Shown here piece after piece: positions 1 to 12,563 of a stretch of 64,000 nucleotides of DNA. This DNA is from Auanema rhodensis (lineage: Eukaryota > Animalia > Nematoda), in the NCBI GenBank assembly GCA_964057225.1, contig OZ059900.1, positions 12,648,001 through 12,712,000 on the forward strand. The letters are read 5' to 3'. The stretch's first letter is position 1. Each line of letters begins with the position of its first letter. The position numbers were made by a program, and so were the translations under genes. The notes under the pieces are model-generated. The model saw only the letters and a list, made by a program, of their open reading frames with translations. It ran no database searches and was not told the DNA's origin.

Positions 1-333
1 AGACAACAGTTTTTCTGATTGAAAACATAGTTAATGGATTAAATAATTTAATTGACTGAAGAGTAATATGTTAGTTTAACCTATGTGGAGGAATTATCTA
101 TGCAATTACTAATATTGTACTAGATATATGAACGCCCTCTCGAAACGAAATAAAACAATTTCAACAAACAACTGTCTCTTTGAGTAGCATTTTACTATAA
201 AGAAAAGTGGAGTCTAAACACCTTATCGATCAATCTAAATGTTTTACTATATCTCGTTCATGTAAAAAACGGTAAAACTCTGAGAACTATCAGAGAACCG
301 TTGGTTTTTTTTTAAGAGCAGCTCGTCTAGTTA

Positions 334-513
334 TTATTGGAGAGCGGTAATTTTCTTCTCGGCGGAGATGGGTGCTCTATACTTCTTAATCAGTTTCTCG
401 AGCCCTTCTACGTCTATCAGTGCCATGCCACCAACCAAGTCAACGTACTTCAATAATTCAAGAGCAGGAATTTTTACAAATTTCTTCGACATAGAATTTT
501 GTTTCCTGGCCAT
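334..513 (-). CDS. Putative 59-aa ORF in the L cassette: MARKQNSMSKKFVKIPALELLKYVDLVGGMALIDVEGLEKLIKKYRAPISAEKKITALQ
   Basis: A TTTCAG acceptor lies 2 nt upstream of the ATG and the ORF ends TAA TAA. It is just under the ORF-track cutoff. No homologue recognised. Confidence 0.3.
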   Translation of the reverse strand: MARKQNSMSKKFVKIPALELLKYVDLVGGMALIDVEGLEKLIKKYRAPISAEKKITALQ

Positions 514-686
514 ATCTGAAATGAGTAGAAATTAAGACAATCATGGCTCTACACCGGATTTGTACCAGTGAGTGTAGTTTGCCTCAGATTTGCAATCCTG
601 GTACTACACCACTTGACTATTCCGGTGTTTTTTTTTCGGTTGTAAACAAATGCATTTGGCCATGACAGTAACAATGCAGATAGTTT
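337..686. other. 350-bp cassette specific to L units, replaced by the 7-bp filler ATTAATA in S units
   Basis: L reads CTAGTTATTA|TTGGAGAG...ATAGTTT|TTAATTCAC and S reads CTAGTTATTA|ATTAATA|TTAATTCAC. 350-7=343, which equals the L-S length difference. Confidence 0.93.
551..636 (+). ncRNA. Candidate structured small RNA (Y RNA/sbRNA-like or pre-miRNA-like hairpin) followed by a T9 Pol III-type terminator. Copies start at 4146, 6928, 8084 and 10866.
   Basis: ACACCGGATTTGTACCAGTGAGTGTAGT (551-578) pairs with ACTACACCACTTGACTATTCCGGTGT (603-628), about 23 pairs with two single-A bulges. T9 follows directly. Expression is not shown. Confidence 0.35.
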
Positions 687-3600
687 TTAATTCACTTTAA
701 GAATATGCCAGATCGTTCCATTTGGGTCGCCGCGGATTCTAAGTCACTGAACGCCCAAAAACATTACGAAAGAAAAGAGTATAGATTTATATAAAGAATA
801 AATAGATTGTACTTTTATAGTGAAAAAAGGCAGAAAAGGATTTAGAATACAAAGGTTAATTAACTACAAGATTATAACTATAGTATAAATGATAAAGATA
901 AACGAATGAACTGTTATGCTTTTAAAGCTCATGCTTATATACTATTACAACCTCTATTTTTTTAAACGCCTCTCTACTGACGTGCCCTTAGAGTATGCTT
1001 ATTTCTTATAATCGAGAAAAAATCGCGCTATGCGTTCTCTTTAGCAGCAGTTTACTGCAATGCATGAAGCATCTCGTAAAATATTCTTTAATTGAATTAT
1101 AGTTTTATTATATTCAACAAGATGAATATCTTCATCAAGTTCACAAATCAGTTGAACAGACAACAGTTTTTCTGATTGAAAACATAGTTAATGGATTAAA
1201 TAATTTAATTGACTGAAGAGTAATATGTTAGTTTAACCTATGTGGAGGAATTATCTATGCAATTACTAATATTGTACTAGATATATGAACGCCCTCTCGA
1301 AACGAAATGAAACAATTTCAACAAACAACTGTCTCTTTGAGTAGCATTTTACTATAAAGAAAAGTGGAGTCTAAACACCTTATCGATCAATCTAAATGTT
1401 TTACTATATCTCGTTCATGTAAAAAACGGTAAAACTCTGAGAACTCTCAGAGAACCTTTCGTTTTTTTGAAGAGCAGCTCGTCTAGTTATTAATTAATAT
1501 TAATTCACTTTAAGAATATGCCAGATCGTTCCATTTGGGTTGCCGCGGATTCTAAGTCACTGGACGCCCAAAAACATTACGAAAGAAAAGAGTATAGATT
1601 TATATAAAGAATAAATAGATTGTACTTTTATAGTGAAAAAAGGCAGAAAAGGATTTAGAATACAAAGGTTAATTAACTACAAGATTATAGTTATAGTATA
1701 AATGATAAAGATAAACGAATGAACTGTTATGCTTTTAAAGCTCATGCTTATATACTATTACAACCTCTATTTTTTTAAACGCCTCTCTACTGACGTGCCC
1801 TTAGAGTATGCTTATTTCTTATAATCGAGAAAAAATCGCGCTATGCGTTCTCTTTAGCAGCAGTTTACTGCAATGCATGAAGCATCTCGTAAAATATTCT
1901 TTAATTGAATTATAGTTTTATTATATTCAACAAGATGAATATCTTCATCAAGTTCACAAATCAGTTGAACAGACAACAGTTTTTCTGATTGAAAACATAG
2001 TTAATGGATTAAATAATTTAATTGACTAAAGAGTAATATGTTAGTTTAACCTATGTGGAGGAATTATCTATGCAATTACTAGTATTGGACTAGATATATG
2101 AACGCCCTCTCGAAACGAAATAAAACAATTTCAACAAACAACTGTCTCTTTGAGTATCAGTTTACTATAAAGAAAAGTGGAGTCTAAACACCTTATCGAT
2201 CAATCTAAATGTTTTACTATATCTCGTTCATGTAAAAAACGGTAAAACTCTGAGAACTCTCAGAGAACCTTTCGTTTTTTTGAAGAGCAGCTCGTCTAGT
2301 TATTAATTAATATTAATTCACTTTAAGAATATGCCAGATCGTTCCATTTGGGTTGCCGCGGATTCTAAGTCACTGGACGCCCAAAAACATTACGAAAAAA
2401 AAGAGTATAGATTTATATAAAGAATAAATAGATTGTACTTTTATAGTGAAAAAAGGCAGAAAAGGATTTAGAATACAAAGGTTAATTAACTACAAGATTA
2501 TAGTTATAGTATAAATGATAAAGATAAACGAATGAACTGTTATGCTTTTAAAGCTCATGCTTATATACTATTACAACCTCTATTTTTTTAAACGCCTCTC
2601 TACTGACGTGCCCTTAGAGTATGCTTATTTCTTATAATCGAGAAAAAATCGCGCTATGCGTTCTCTTTAGCAGCAGTTTACTGCAATGCATGAAGCATCT
2701 CGTAAAATATTCTTTAATTGAATTATAGTTTTATTATATTCAACAAGATGAATATCTTCATCAAGTTCACAAATCAGTTGAACAGACAACAGTTTTTCTG
2801 ATTGAAAACATAGTTAATGGATTAAATAATTTAATTGACTAAAGAGTAATATGTTAGTTTAACCTATGTGGAGGAATTATCTATGCAATTACTAGTATTG
2901 GACTAGATATATGAACGCCCTCTCGAAACGAAATAAAACAATTTCAACAAACAACTGTCTCTTTGAGTATCAGTTTACTATAAAGAAAAGTGGAGTCTAA
3001 ACACCTTATCGATCAATCTAAATGTTTTACTATATCTCGTTCATGTAAAAAACGGTAAAACTCTGAGAACTCTCAGAGAACCTTTCGTTTTTTTGAAGAG
3101 CAGCTCGTCTAGTTATTAATTAATATTAATTCACTTTAAGAATATGCCAGATCGTTCCATTTGGGTTGCCGCGGATTCTAAGTCACTGGACGCCCAAAAA
3201 CATTACGAAAAAAAAGAGTATAGATTTATATAAAGAATAAATAGATTGTACTTTTATAGTGAAAAAAGGCAGAAAAGGATTTAGAATACAAAGGTTAATT
3301 AACTACAAGATTATAGTTATAGTATAAATGATAAAGATAAACGAATGAACTGTTATGCTTTTAAAGCTCATGCTTATATACTATTACAACCTCTATTTTT
3401 TTAAACGCCTCTCTACTGACGTGCCCTTAGAGTATGCTTATTTCTTATAATCGAGAAAAAATCGCGCTATGCGTTCTCTTTAGCAGCAGTTTACTGCAAT
3501 GCATGAAGCATCTCGTAAAATATTCTTTAATTGAATTATAGTTTTATTATATTCAACAAGATGAATATCTTCATCAAGTTCACAAATCAGTTGAACAGAC

Positions 3601-6600
3601 AACAGTTTTTCTGATTGAAAACATAGTTAATGGATTAAATAATTTAATTGACTGAAGAGTAATATGTTAGTTTAACCTATGTGGAGGAATTATCTATGCA
3701 ATTACTAATATTGTACTAGATATATGAACGCCCTCTCGAAACGAAATGAAACAATTTCAACAAACAACTGTCTCTTTGAGTAGCATTTTACTATAAAGAA
3801 AAGTGGAGTCTAAACACCTTATCGATCAATCTAAATGTTTTACTATATCTCGTTCATGTAAAAAACGGTAAAACTCTGAGAACTCTCAGAGAACCGTTGG
3901 TTTTTTTTAAGAGCAGCTCGTCTAGTTATTATTGGAGAGCGGTAATTTTCTTCTCGGCGGAGATGGGTGCTCTATACTTCTTAATCAGTTTCTCGAGCCC
4001 TTCTACGTCTATCAGTGCCATGCCACCAACCAAGTCAACGTACTTCAATAATTCAAGAGCAGGAATTTTTACAAATTTCTTCGACATAGAATTTTGTTTC
4101 CTGGCCATATCTGAAATGAGTAGAAATTAAGACAATCATGGCTCTACACCGGATTTGTACCAGTGAGTGTAGTTTGCCTCAGATTTGCAATCCTGGTACT
4201 ACACCACTTGACTATTCCGGTGTTTTTTTTTCGGTTGTAAACAAATGCATTTGGCCATGACAGTAACAATTCATATAGTTTTTAATTCACTTTAAGAATA
4301 TGCCAGATCGTTCCATTTGGGTCGCCGCGGATTCTAAGTCACTGGACGCCCAAAAACATTACGAAAAAAAAGAGTATAGATTTATATAAAGAATAAATAG
4401 ATTGTACTTTTATAGTGAAAAAAGGCAGAAAAGGATTTAGAATACAAAGGTTAATTAACTACAAGATTATAGTTATAGTATAAATGATAAAGATAAACGA
4501 ATGAACTGTTATGCTTTTAAAGCTCATGCTTATATACTATTACAACCTCTATTTTTTTAAACGCCTCTCTACTGACGTGCCCTTAGAGTATGCTTATTTC
4601 TTATAATCGAGAAAAAATCGCGCTATGCGTTCTCTTTAGCAGCAGTTTACTGCAATGCATGAAGCATCTCGTAAAATATTCTTTAATTGAATTATAGTTT
4701 TATTATATTCAACAAGATGAATATCTTCATCAAGTTCACAAATCAGTTGAACAGACAACAGTTTTTCTGATTGAAAACATAGTTAATGGATTAAATAATT
4801 TAATTGATTGAAGAGTAATATGTTAGTTTAACCTATGTGGAGGAATTATCTATGCAATTACTAATATTGTACTAGATATATGAACGCCCTCTCGAAACGA
4901 AATGAAACAATTTCAACAAACAACTGTCTCTTTGAGTAGCATTTTACTATAAAGAAAAGTGGAGTCTAAACACCTTATCGATCAATCTAAATGTTTTACT
5001 ATATCTCGTTCATGTAAAAAACGGTAAAACTCTGAGAACTCTCAGAGAACCTTTCGTTTTTTTGAAGAGCAGCTCGTCTAGTTATTAATTAATATTAATT
5101 CACTTTAAGAATATGCCAGATCGTTCCATTTGGGTTGCCGCGGATTCTAAGTCACTGGACGCCCAAAAACATTACGAAAGAAAAGAGTATAGATTTATAT
5201 AAAGAATAAATAGATTGTATTTTTATAGTGAAAAAAGGCAGAAAAGGATTTAGAATACAAAGGTTAATTAACTACAAGATTATAGTTATAGTATAAATGA
5301 TAAAGATAAACGAATGAACTGTTATGCTTTTAAAGCTCATGCTTATATACTATTACAACCTCTATTTTTTTAAACGCCTCTCTACTGACGTGCCCTTAGA
5401 GTATGCTTATTTCTTATAATCGAGAAAAAATCGCGCTATGCGTTCTCTTTAGCAGCAGTTTACTGCAATGCATGAAGCATCTCGTAAAATATTCTTTAAT
5501 TGAATTATAGTTTTATTACATTCAACAAGATGAATATCTTCATCAAGTTCACAAATCAGTTGAACAGACAACAGTTTTTCTGATTGAAAACATAGTTAAT
5601 GGATTAAATAATTTAATTGACTGAAGAGTAATATGTTAGTTTAACCTATGTGGAGGAATTATCTATGCAATTACTAATATTGTACTAGATATATGAACGC
5701 CCTCTCGAAACGAAATGAAACAATTTCAACAAACAACTGTCTCTTTGAGTAGCATTTTGCTATAAAGAAAAGTGGAGTCTAAACACCTTATCGATCAATC
5801 TAAATGTTTTACTATATCTCGTTCATGTAAAAAACGGTAAAACTCTGAGAACTCTCAGAGAACCTTTCGTTTTTTTGAAGAGCAGCTCGTCTAGTTATTA
5901 ATTAATATTAATTCACTTTAAGAATATGCCAGATCGTTCCATTTGGGTTGCCGCGGATTCTAAGTCACTGGACGCCCAAAAACATTACGAAAGAAAAGAG
6001 TATAGATTTATATAAAGAATAAATAGATTGTACTTTTATAGTGAAAAAAGGCAGAAAAGGATTTAGAATACAAAGGTTAATTAACTACAAGATTATAGTT
6101 ATAGTATAAATGATAAAGATAAACGAATGAACTGTTATGCTTTTAAAGCTCATGCTTATATACTATTACAACCTCTATTTTTTTAAACGCCTCTCTACTG
6201 ACGTGCCCTTAGAGTATGCTTATTTCTTATAATCGAGAAAAAATCGCGCTATGCGTTCTCTTTAGCAGCAGTTTACTGCAATGCATGAAGCATCTCGTAA
6301 AATATTCTTTAATTGAATTATAGTTTTATTATATTCAACAAGATGAATATCTTCATCAAGTTCACAAATCAGTTGAACAGACAACAGTTTTTCTGATTGA
6401 AAACATAGTTAATGGATTAAATAATTTAATTGACTGAAGAGTAATATGTTAGTTTAACCTATGTGGAGGAATTATCTATGCAATTACTAATATTGTACTA
6501 GATATATGAACGCCTTCTCGAAACGAAATGAAACAATTTCAACAAACAACTGTCTCTTTGAGTAGCATTTTACTATAAAGAAAAGTGGAGTCTAAACACC

Positions 6601-9600
6601 TTATCGATCAATCTAAATGTTTTACTATATCTCGTTCATGTAAAAAACGGTAAAACTCTGAGAACTCTCAGAGAACCTTTCGTTTTTTTGAAGAGCAGCT
6701 CGTCTAGTTATTATTGGAGAGCGGTAATTTTCTTCTCGGCGGAGATGGGTGCTCTATACTTCTTAATCAGTTTCTCGAGCCCTTCTACGTCTATCAGTGC
6801 CATGCCACCAACCAAGTCAACGTACTTCAATAATTCAAGAGCAGGAATTTTTACAAATTTCTTCGACATAGAATTTTGTTTCCTGGCCATATCTGAAATG
6901 AGTAGAAATTAAGACAATCATGGCTCTACACCGGATTTGTACCAGTGAGTGTAGTTTGCCTCAGATTTGCAATCCTGGTACTACACCACTTGACTATTCC
7001 GGTGTTTTTTTTTCGGTTGTAAACAAATGCATTTGGCCATGACAGTAACAATTCATATAGTTTTTAATTCACTTTAAGAATATGCCAGATCGTTCCATTT
7101 GGGTCGCCGCGGATTCTAAGTCACTGGACGCCCAAAAACATTACGAAAGAAAAGAGTATAGATTTATATAAAGAATAAATAGATTGTACTTTTATAGTGA
7201 AAAAAGGCAGAAAAGGATTTAGAATACAAAGGTTAATTAACTACAAGATTATAGTTATAGTATAAATGATAAAGATAAACGAATGAACTGTTATGCTTTT
7301 AAAGCTCATGCTTATATACTATTACAACCTCTATTTTTTTAAACGCCTCTCTACTGACGTGCCCTTAGAGTATGCTTATTTCTTATAATCGAGAAAAAAT
7401 CGCGCTATGCGTTCTCTTTAGCAGCAGTTTACTGCAATGCATGAAGCATCTCGTAAAATATTCTTTAATTGAATTATAGTTTTATTATATTCAACAAGAT
7501 GAATATCTTCATCAAGTTCACAAATCAGTTGAACAGACAACAGTTTTTCTGATTGAAAACATAGTTAATGGATTAAATAATTTAATTGACTGAAGAGTAA
7601 TATGTTAGTTTAACCTATGTGGAGGAATTATCTATGCAATTACTAATATTGTACTAGATATATGAACGCCTTCTCGAAACGAAATGAAACAATTTCAACA
7701 AACAACTGTCTCTTTGAGTAGCATTTTACTATAAAGAAAAGTGGAGTCTAAACACCTTATCGATCAATCTAAATGTTTTACTATATCTCGTTCATGTAAA
7801 AAACGGTAAAACTCTGAGAACTCTCAGAGAACCTTTCGTTTTTTTGAAGAGCAGCTCGTCTAGTTATTATTGGAGAGCGGTAATTTTCTTCTCGGCGGAG
7901 ATGGGTGCTCTATACTTCTTAATCAGTTTCTCGAGCCCTTCTACGTCTATCAGTGCCATGCCACCAACCAAGTCAACGTACTTCAATAATTCAAGAGCAG
8001 GAATTTTTACAAATTTCTTCGACATAGAATTTTGTTTCCTGGCCATATCTGAAATGAGTAGAAATTAAGACAATCATGGCTCTACACCGGATTTGTACCA
8101 GTGAGTGTAGTTTGCCTCAGATTTGCAATCCTGGTACTACACCACTTGACTATTCCGGTGTTTTTTTTTCGGTTGTAAACAAATGCATTTGGCCATGACA
8201 GTAACAATTCATATAGTTTTTAATTCACTTTAAGAATATGCCAGATCGTTCCATTTGGGTCGCCGCGGATTCTAAGTCACTGGACGCCCAAAAACATTAC
8301 GAAAAAAAAGAGTATAGATTTATATAAAGAATAAATAGATTGTACTTTTATAGTGAAAAAAGGCAGAAAAGGATTTAGAATACAAAGGTTAATTAACTAC
8401 AAGATTATAGTTATAGTATAAATGATAAAGATAAACGAATGAACTGTTATGCTTTTAAAGCTCATGCTTATATACTATTACAACCTCTATTTTTTTAAAC
8501 GCCTCTCTACTGACGTGCCCTTAGAGTATGCTTATTTCTTATAATCGAGAAAAAATCGCGCTATGCGTTCTCTTTAGCAGCAGTTTACTGCAATGCATGA
8601 AGCATCTCGTAAAATATTCTTTAATTGAATTATAGTTTTATTATATTCAACAAGATGAATATCTTCATCAAGTTCACAAATCAGTTGAACAGACAACAGT
8701 TTTTCTGATTGAAAACATAGTTAATGGATTAAATAATTTAATTGACTGAAGAGTAATATGTTAGTTTAACCTATGTGGAGGAATTATCTATGCAATTACT
8801 AATATTGTACTAGATATATGAACGCCCTCTCGAAACGAAATGAAACAATTTCAACAAACAACTGTCTCTTTGAGTAGCATTTTACTATAAAGAAAAGTGG
8901 AGTCTAAACACCTTATCGATCAATCTAAATGTTTTACTATATCTCGTTCATGTAAAAAACGGTAAAACTCTGAGAACTCTCAGAGAACCTTTCGTTTTTT
9001 TGAAGAGCAGCTCGTCTAGTTATTAATTAATATTAATTCACTTTAAGAATATGCCAGATCGTTCCATTTGGGTTGCCGCGGATTCTAAGTCACTGGACGC
9101 CCAAAAACATTACGAAAGAAAAGAGTATAGATTTATATAAAGAATAAATAGATTGTACTTTTATAGTGAAAAAAGGCAGAAAAGGATTTAGAATACAAAG
9201 GTTAATTAACTACAAGATTATAGTTATAGTATAAATGATAAAGATAAACGAATGAACTGTTATGCTTTTAAAGCTCATGCTTATATACTATTACAACCTC
9301 TATTTTTTTAAACGCCTCTCTACTGACGTGCCCTTAGAGTATGCTTATTTCTTATAATCGAGAAAAAATCGCGCTATGCGTTCTCTTTAGCAGCAGTTTA
9401 CTGCAATGCATGAAGCATCTCGTAAAATATTCTTTAATTGAATTATAGTTTTATTATATTCAACAAGATGAATATCTTCATCAAGTTCACAAATCAGTTG
9501 AACAGACAACAGTTTTTCTGATTGAAAACATAGTTAATGGATTAAATAATTTAATTGACTGAAGAGTAATATGTTTGTTTAACCTATGTGGAGGAATTAT

Positions 9601-12292
9601 CTATGCAATTACTAATATTGTACTAGATATATGAACGCCCTCTCGAAACGAAATGAAACAATTTCAACAAACAACTGTCTCTTTGAGTAGCATTTTACTA
9701 TAAAGAAAAGTGGAGTCTAAACACCTTATCGATCAATCTAAATGTTTTACTATATCTCGTTCATGTAAAAAACGGTAAAACTCTGAGAACTCTCAGAGAA
9801 CCTTTCGTTTTTTTGAAGAGCAGCTCGTCTAGTTATTAATTAATATTAATTCACTTTAAGAATATGCCAGATCGTTCCATTTGGGTTGCCGCGGATTCTA
9901 AGTCACTGGACGCCCAAAAACATTACGAAAGAAAAGAGTATAGATTTATATAAAGAATAAATAGATTGTACTTTTATAGTGAAAAAAGGCAGAAAAGGAT
10001 TTAGAATACAAAGGTTAATTAACTACAAGATTATAGTTATAGTATAAATGATAAAGATAAACGAATGAACTGTTATGCTTTTAAAGCTCATGCTTATATA
10101 CTATTACAACCTCTATTTTTTTAAACGCCTCTCTACTGACGTGCCCTTAGAGTATGCTTATTTCTTATAATCGAGAAAAAATCGCGCTATGCGTTCTCTT
10201 TAGCAGCAGTTTACTGCAATGCATGAAGCATCTCGTAAAATATTCTTTAATTGAATTATAGTTTTATTATATTCAACAAGATGAATATCTTCATCAAGTT
10301 CACAAATCAGTTGAACAGACAACAGTTTTTCTGATTGAAAACATAGTTAATGGATTAAATAATTTAATTGACTGAAGAGTAATATGTTAGTTTAACCTAT
10401 GTGGAGGAATTATCTATGCAATTACTAATATTGTACTAGATATATGAACGCCTTCTCGAAACGAAATGAAACAATTTCAACAAACAACTGTCTCTTTGAG
10501 TAGCATTTTACTATAAAGAAAAGTGGAGTCTAAACACCTTATCGATCAATCTAAATGTTTTACTATATCTCGTTCATGTAAAAAACGGTAAAACTCTGAG
10601 AACTCTCAGAGAACCTTTCGTTTTTTTGAAGAGCAGCTCGTCTAGTTATTATTGGAGAGCGGTAATTTTCTTCTCGGCGGAGATGGGTGCTCTATACTTC
10701 TTAATCAGTTTCTCGAGCCCTTCTACGTCTATCAGTGCCATGCCACCAACCAAGTCAACGTACTTCAATAATTCAAGAGCAGGAATTTTTACAAATTTCT
10801 TCGACATAGAATTTTGTTTCCTGGCCTTATCTGAAATGAGTAGAAATTAAGACAATCATGGCTCTACACCGGATTTGTACCAGTGAGTGTAGTTTGCCTC
10901 AGATTTGCAATCCTGGTACTACACCACTTGACTATTCCGGTGTTTTTTTTTCGGTTGTAAACAAATGCATTTGGCCATGACAGTAGCAATTCATATAGTT
11001 TTTAATTCACTTTAAGAATATGCCAGATCGTTCCATTTGGGTCGCCGCGGATTCTAAGTCACTGGACGCCCAAAAACATTACGAAAAAAAAGAGTATAGA
11101 TTTATATAAAGAATAAATAGATTGTACTTTTATAGTGAAAAAAGGCAGAAAAGGATTTAGAATACAAAGGTTAATTAACTACAAGATTATAGTTATAGTA
11201 TAAATGATAAAGATAAACGAATGAACTGTTATGCTTTTAAAGCTCATGCTTATATACTATTACAACCTCTATTTTTTTAAACGCCTCTCTACTGACGTGC
11301 CCTTAGAGTATGCTTATTTTTTATAATCGAGAAAAAATCGCGCTATGCGTTCTCTTTAGCAGCAGTTTACTGCAATGCATGAAGCATCTCGTAAAATATT
11401 CTTTAATTGAATTATAGTTTTATTATATTCAACAAGATGAATATCTTCATCAAGTTCACAAATCAGTTGAACAGACAACAGTTTTTCTGATTGAAAACAT
11501 AGTTAATGGATTTAATAATTTAATTGACTAAAGAGTAATATGTTAGTTTAACCTATGTGGAGGAATTATCTATGCAATTACTAGTATTGGACTAGATATA
11601 TGAACGCCCTCTCGAAACGAAATGAAACAATTTCAACAAACAACTGTCTCTTTGAGTAGCATTTTACTATAAAGAAAAGTGGAGTCTAAACACCTTATCG
11701 ATCAATCTAAATGTTTTACTATATCTCGTTCATGTAAAAAACGGTAAAACTCTGAGAACTCTCAGAGAACCTTTCGTTTTTTTGAAGAGCAGCTCGTCTA
11801 GTTATTAATTAATATTAATTCACTTTAAGAATATGCCAGATCGTTCCATTTGGGTTGCCGCGGATTCTAAGTCACTGGACGCCCAAAAACATTACGAAAA
11901 AAAAGAGTATAGATTTATATAAAGAATAAATAGATTGTACTTTTATAGTGAAAAAAGGCAGAAAAGGATTTAGAATACAAAGGTTAATTAACTACAAGAT
12001 TATAACTATAGTATAAATGATAAAGATAAACGAATGAACTGTTATACTCTGAGGCCACTCGAATACAGGGGTGTATTAAAATTGTTAACTGCGCAGACCA
12101 ACAGCTGTTAAAATTATACTTTCGGGCGTTAGCTGCCAAACTTAAATTTTCTGAAATCCAACAAGGATAATAATCGTATTCAAAACTTGAAAATGAGCGG
12201 AAAAACATGGATTATATTACTTAATAAACATGAATTTATTTTTTCCATTTTTAAACCTTAATTTGCTAAACGAATTAAATAGATTTAAACGT

Positions 12293-12563
12293 TGAAACAA
12301 TTTCAACAAACAACTGTCTCTTTGGGTAGCATTTTACTTTAAAGAAAAGTGGAGTCTAAACACCTTATCGATATGTGGAGGAATTATCTATGCAATTACT
12401 AATATGGTACTAAATATGTAAACTCTCTCTTTCACTCGCTCTGCATACTGTTTAACAGTAGTTTACTGCAATGCATGAATCATCTCGTAAAATATTCTTT
12501 AATTGAATTATAGTTTTATTATATTCAACAAGATGAATATCTTCATCAAGTTCACAAATCAGT
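12293..12563 (+). repeat. Diverged, rearranged fragments of the array unit beyond the array end
   Basis: 12293-12372 matches unit ~151-230, 12372-12417 matches unit ~82-128, and ~12435-12563 matches L-unit ~1025-1153. Confidence 0.85.

Larger units (their letters stand above)
1..12045. repeat. Head-to-tail tandem array of two related units: long L (1156/1157 bp) and short S (813 bp). It runs off the left edge of the window.
   Basis: The anchor AGACAACAGTTTTTCTGATTG recurs at 1, 1158, 1971, 2784, 3597, 4753, 5566, 6379, 7535, 8691, 9504, 10317 and 11473. Order is L S S S L S S L L S S L S(partial). Copies differ by only a few substitutions. The array stops after ...GAACTGTTAT at 12045. Confidence 0.98.

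Noticed and set aside
55-165. CTGAAGAG...CGAAAC hammerhead-like core in the repeat unit
   Set aside because: Stem II does not close beyond 1 bp, there is no proper NUH triplet after stem III, and some copies mutate the core (CTAAAGA).
706-716. CGATCTGGCA (minus strand) matches part of nematode 5S rRNA
   Set aside because: Only ~10 nt match and the flanks do not align, so this is not a 5S array.
854-880. GGTTAATTAACTACAAG loosely resembles the SL1 leader
   Set aside because: Several mismatches, no GT donor at the leader end and no Sm site.
3897-4130. Plus-strand 74-77-aa ORFs repeated at 3897, 6688, 7844 and 10626
   Set aside because: They start at TTG and are the antisense shadow of the minus-strand 59-aa ORF, with no splice or start context.
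1-12045. CRISPR-like interpretation of the array
   Set aside because: Units are 0.8-1.2 kb and near-identical with no unique spacers, and the context is eukaryotic.
12064-12082. TA-CAGGGGTGTATTAAAA resembles a Tc1/mariner-family TIR start
   Set aside because: No partner inverted repeat or transposase was found in the window.
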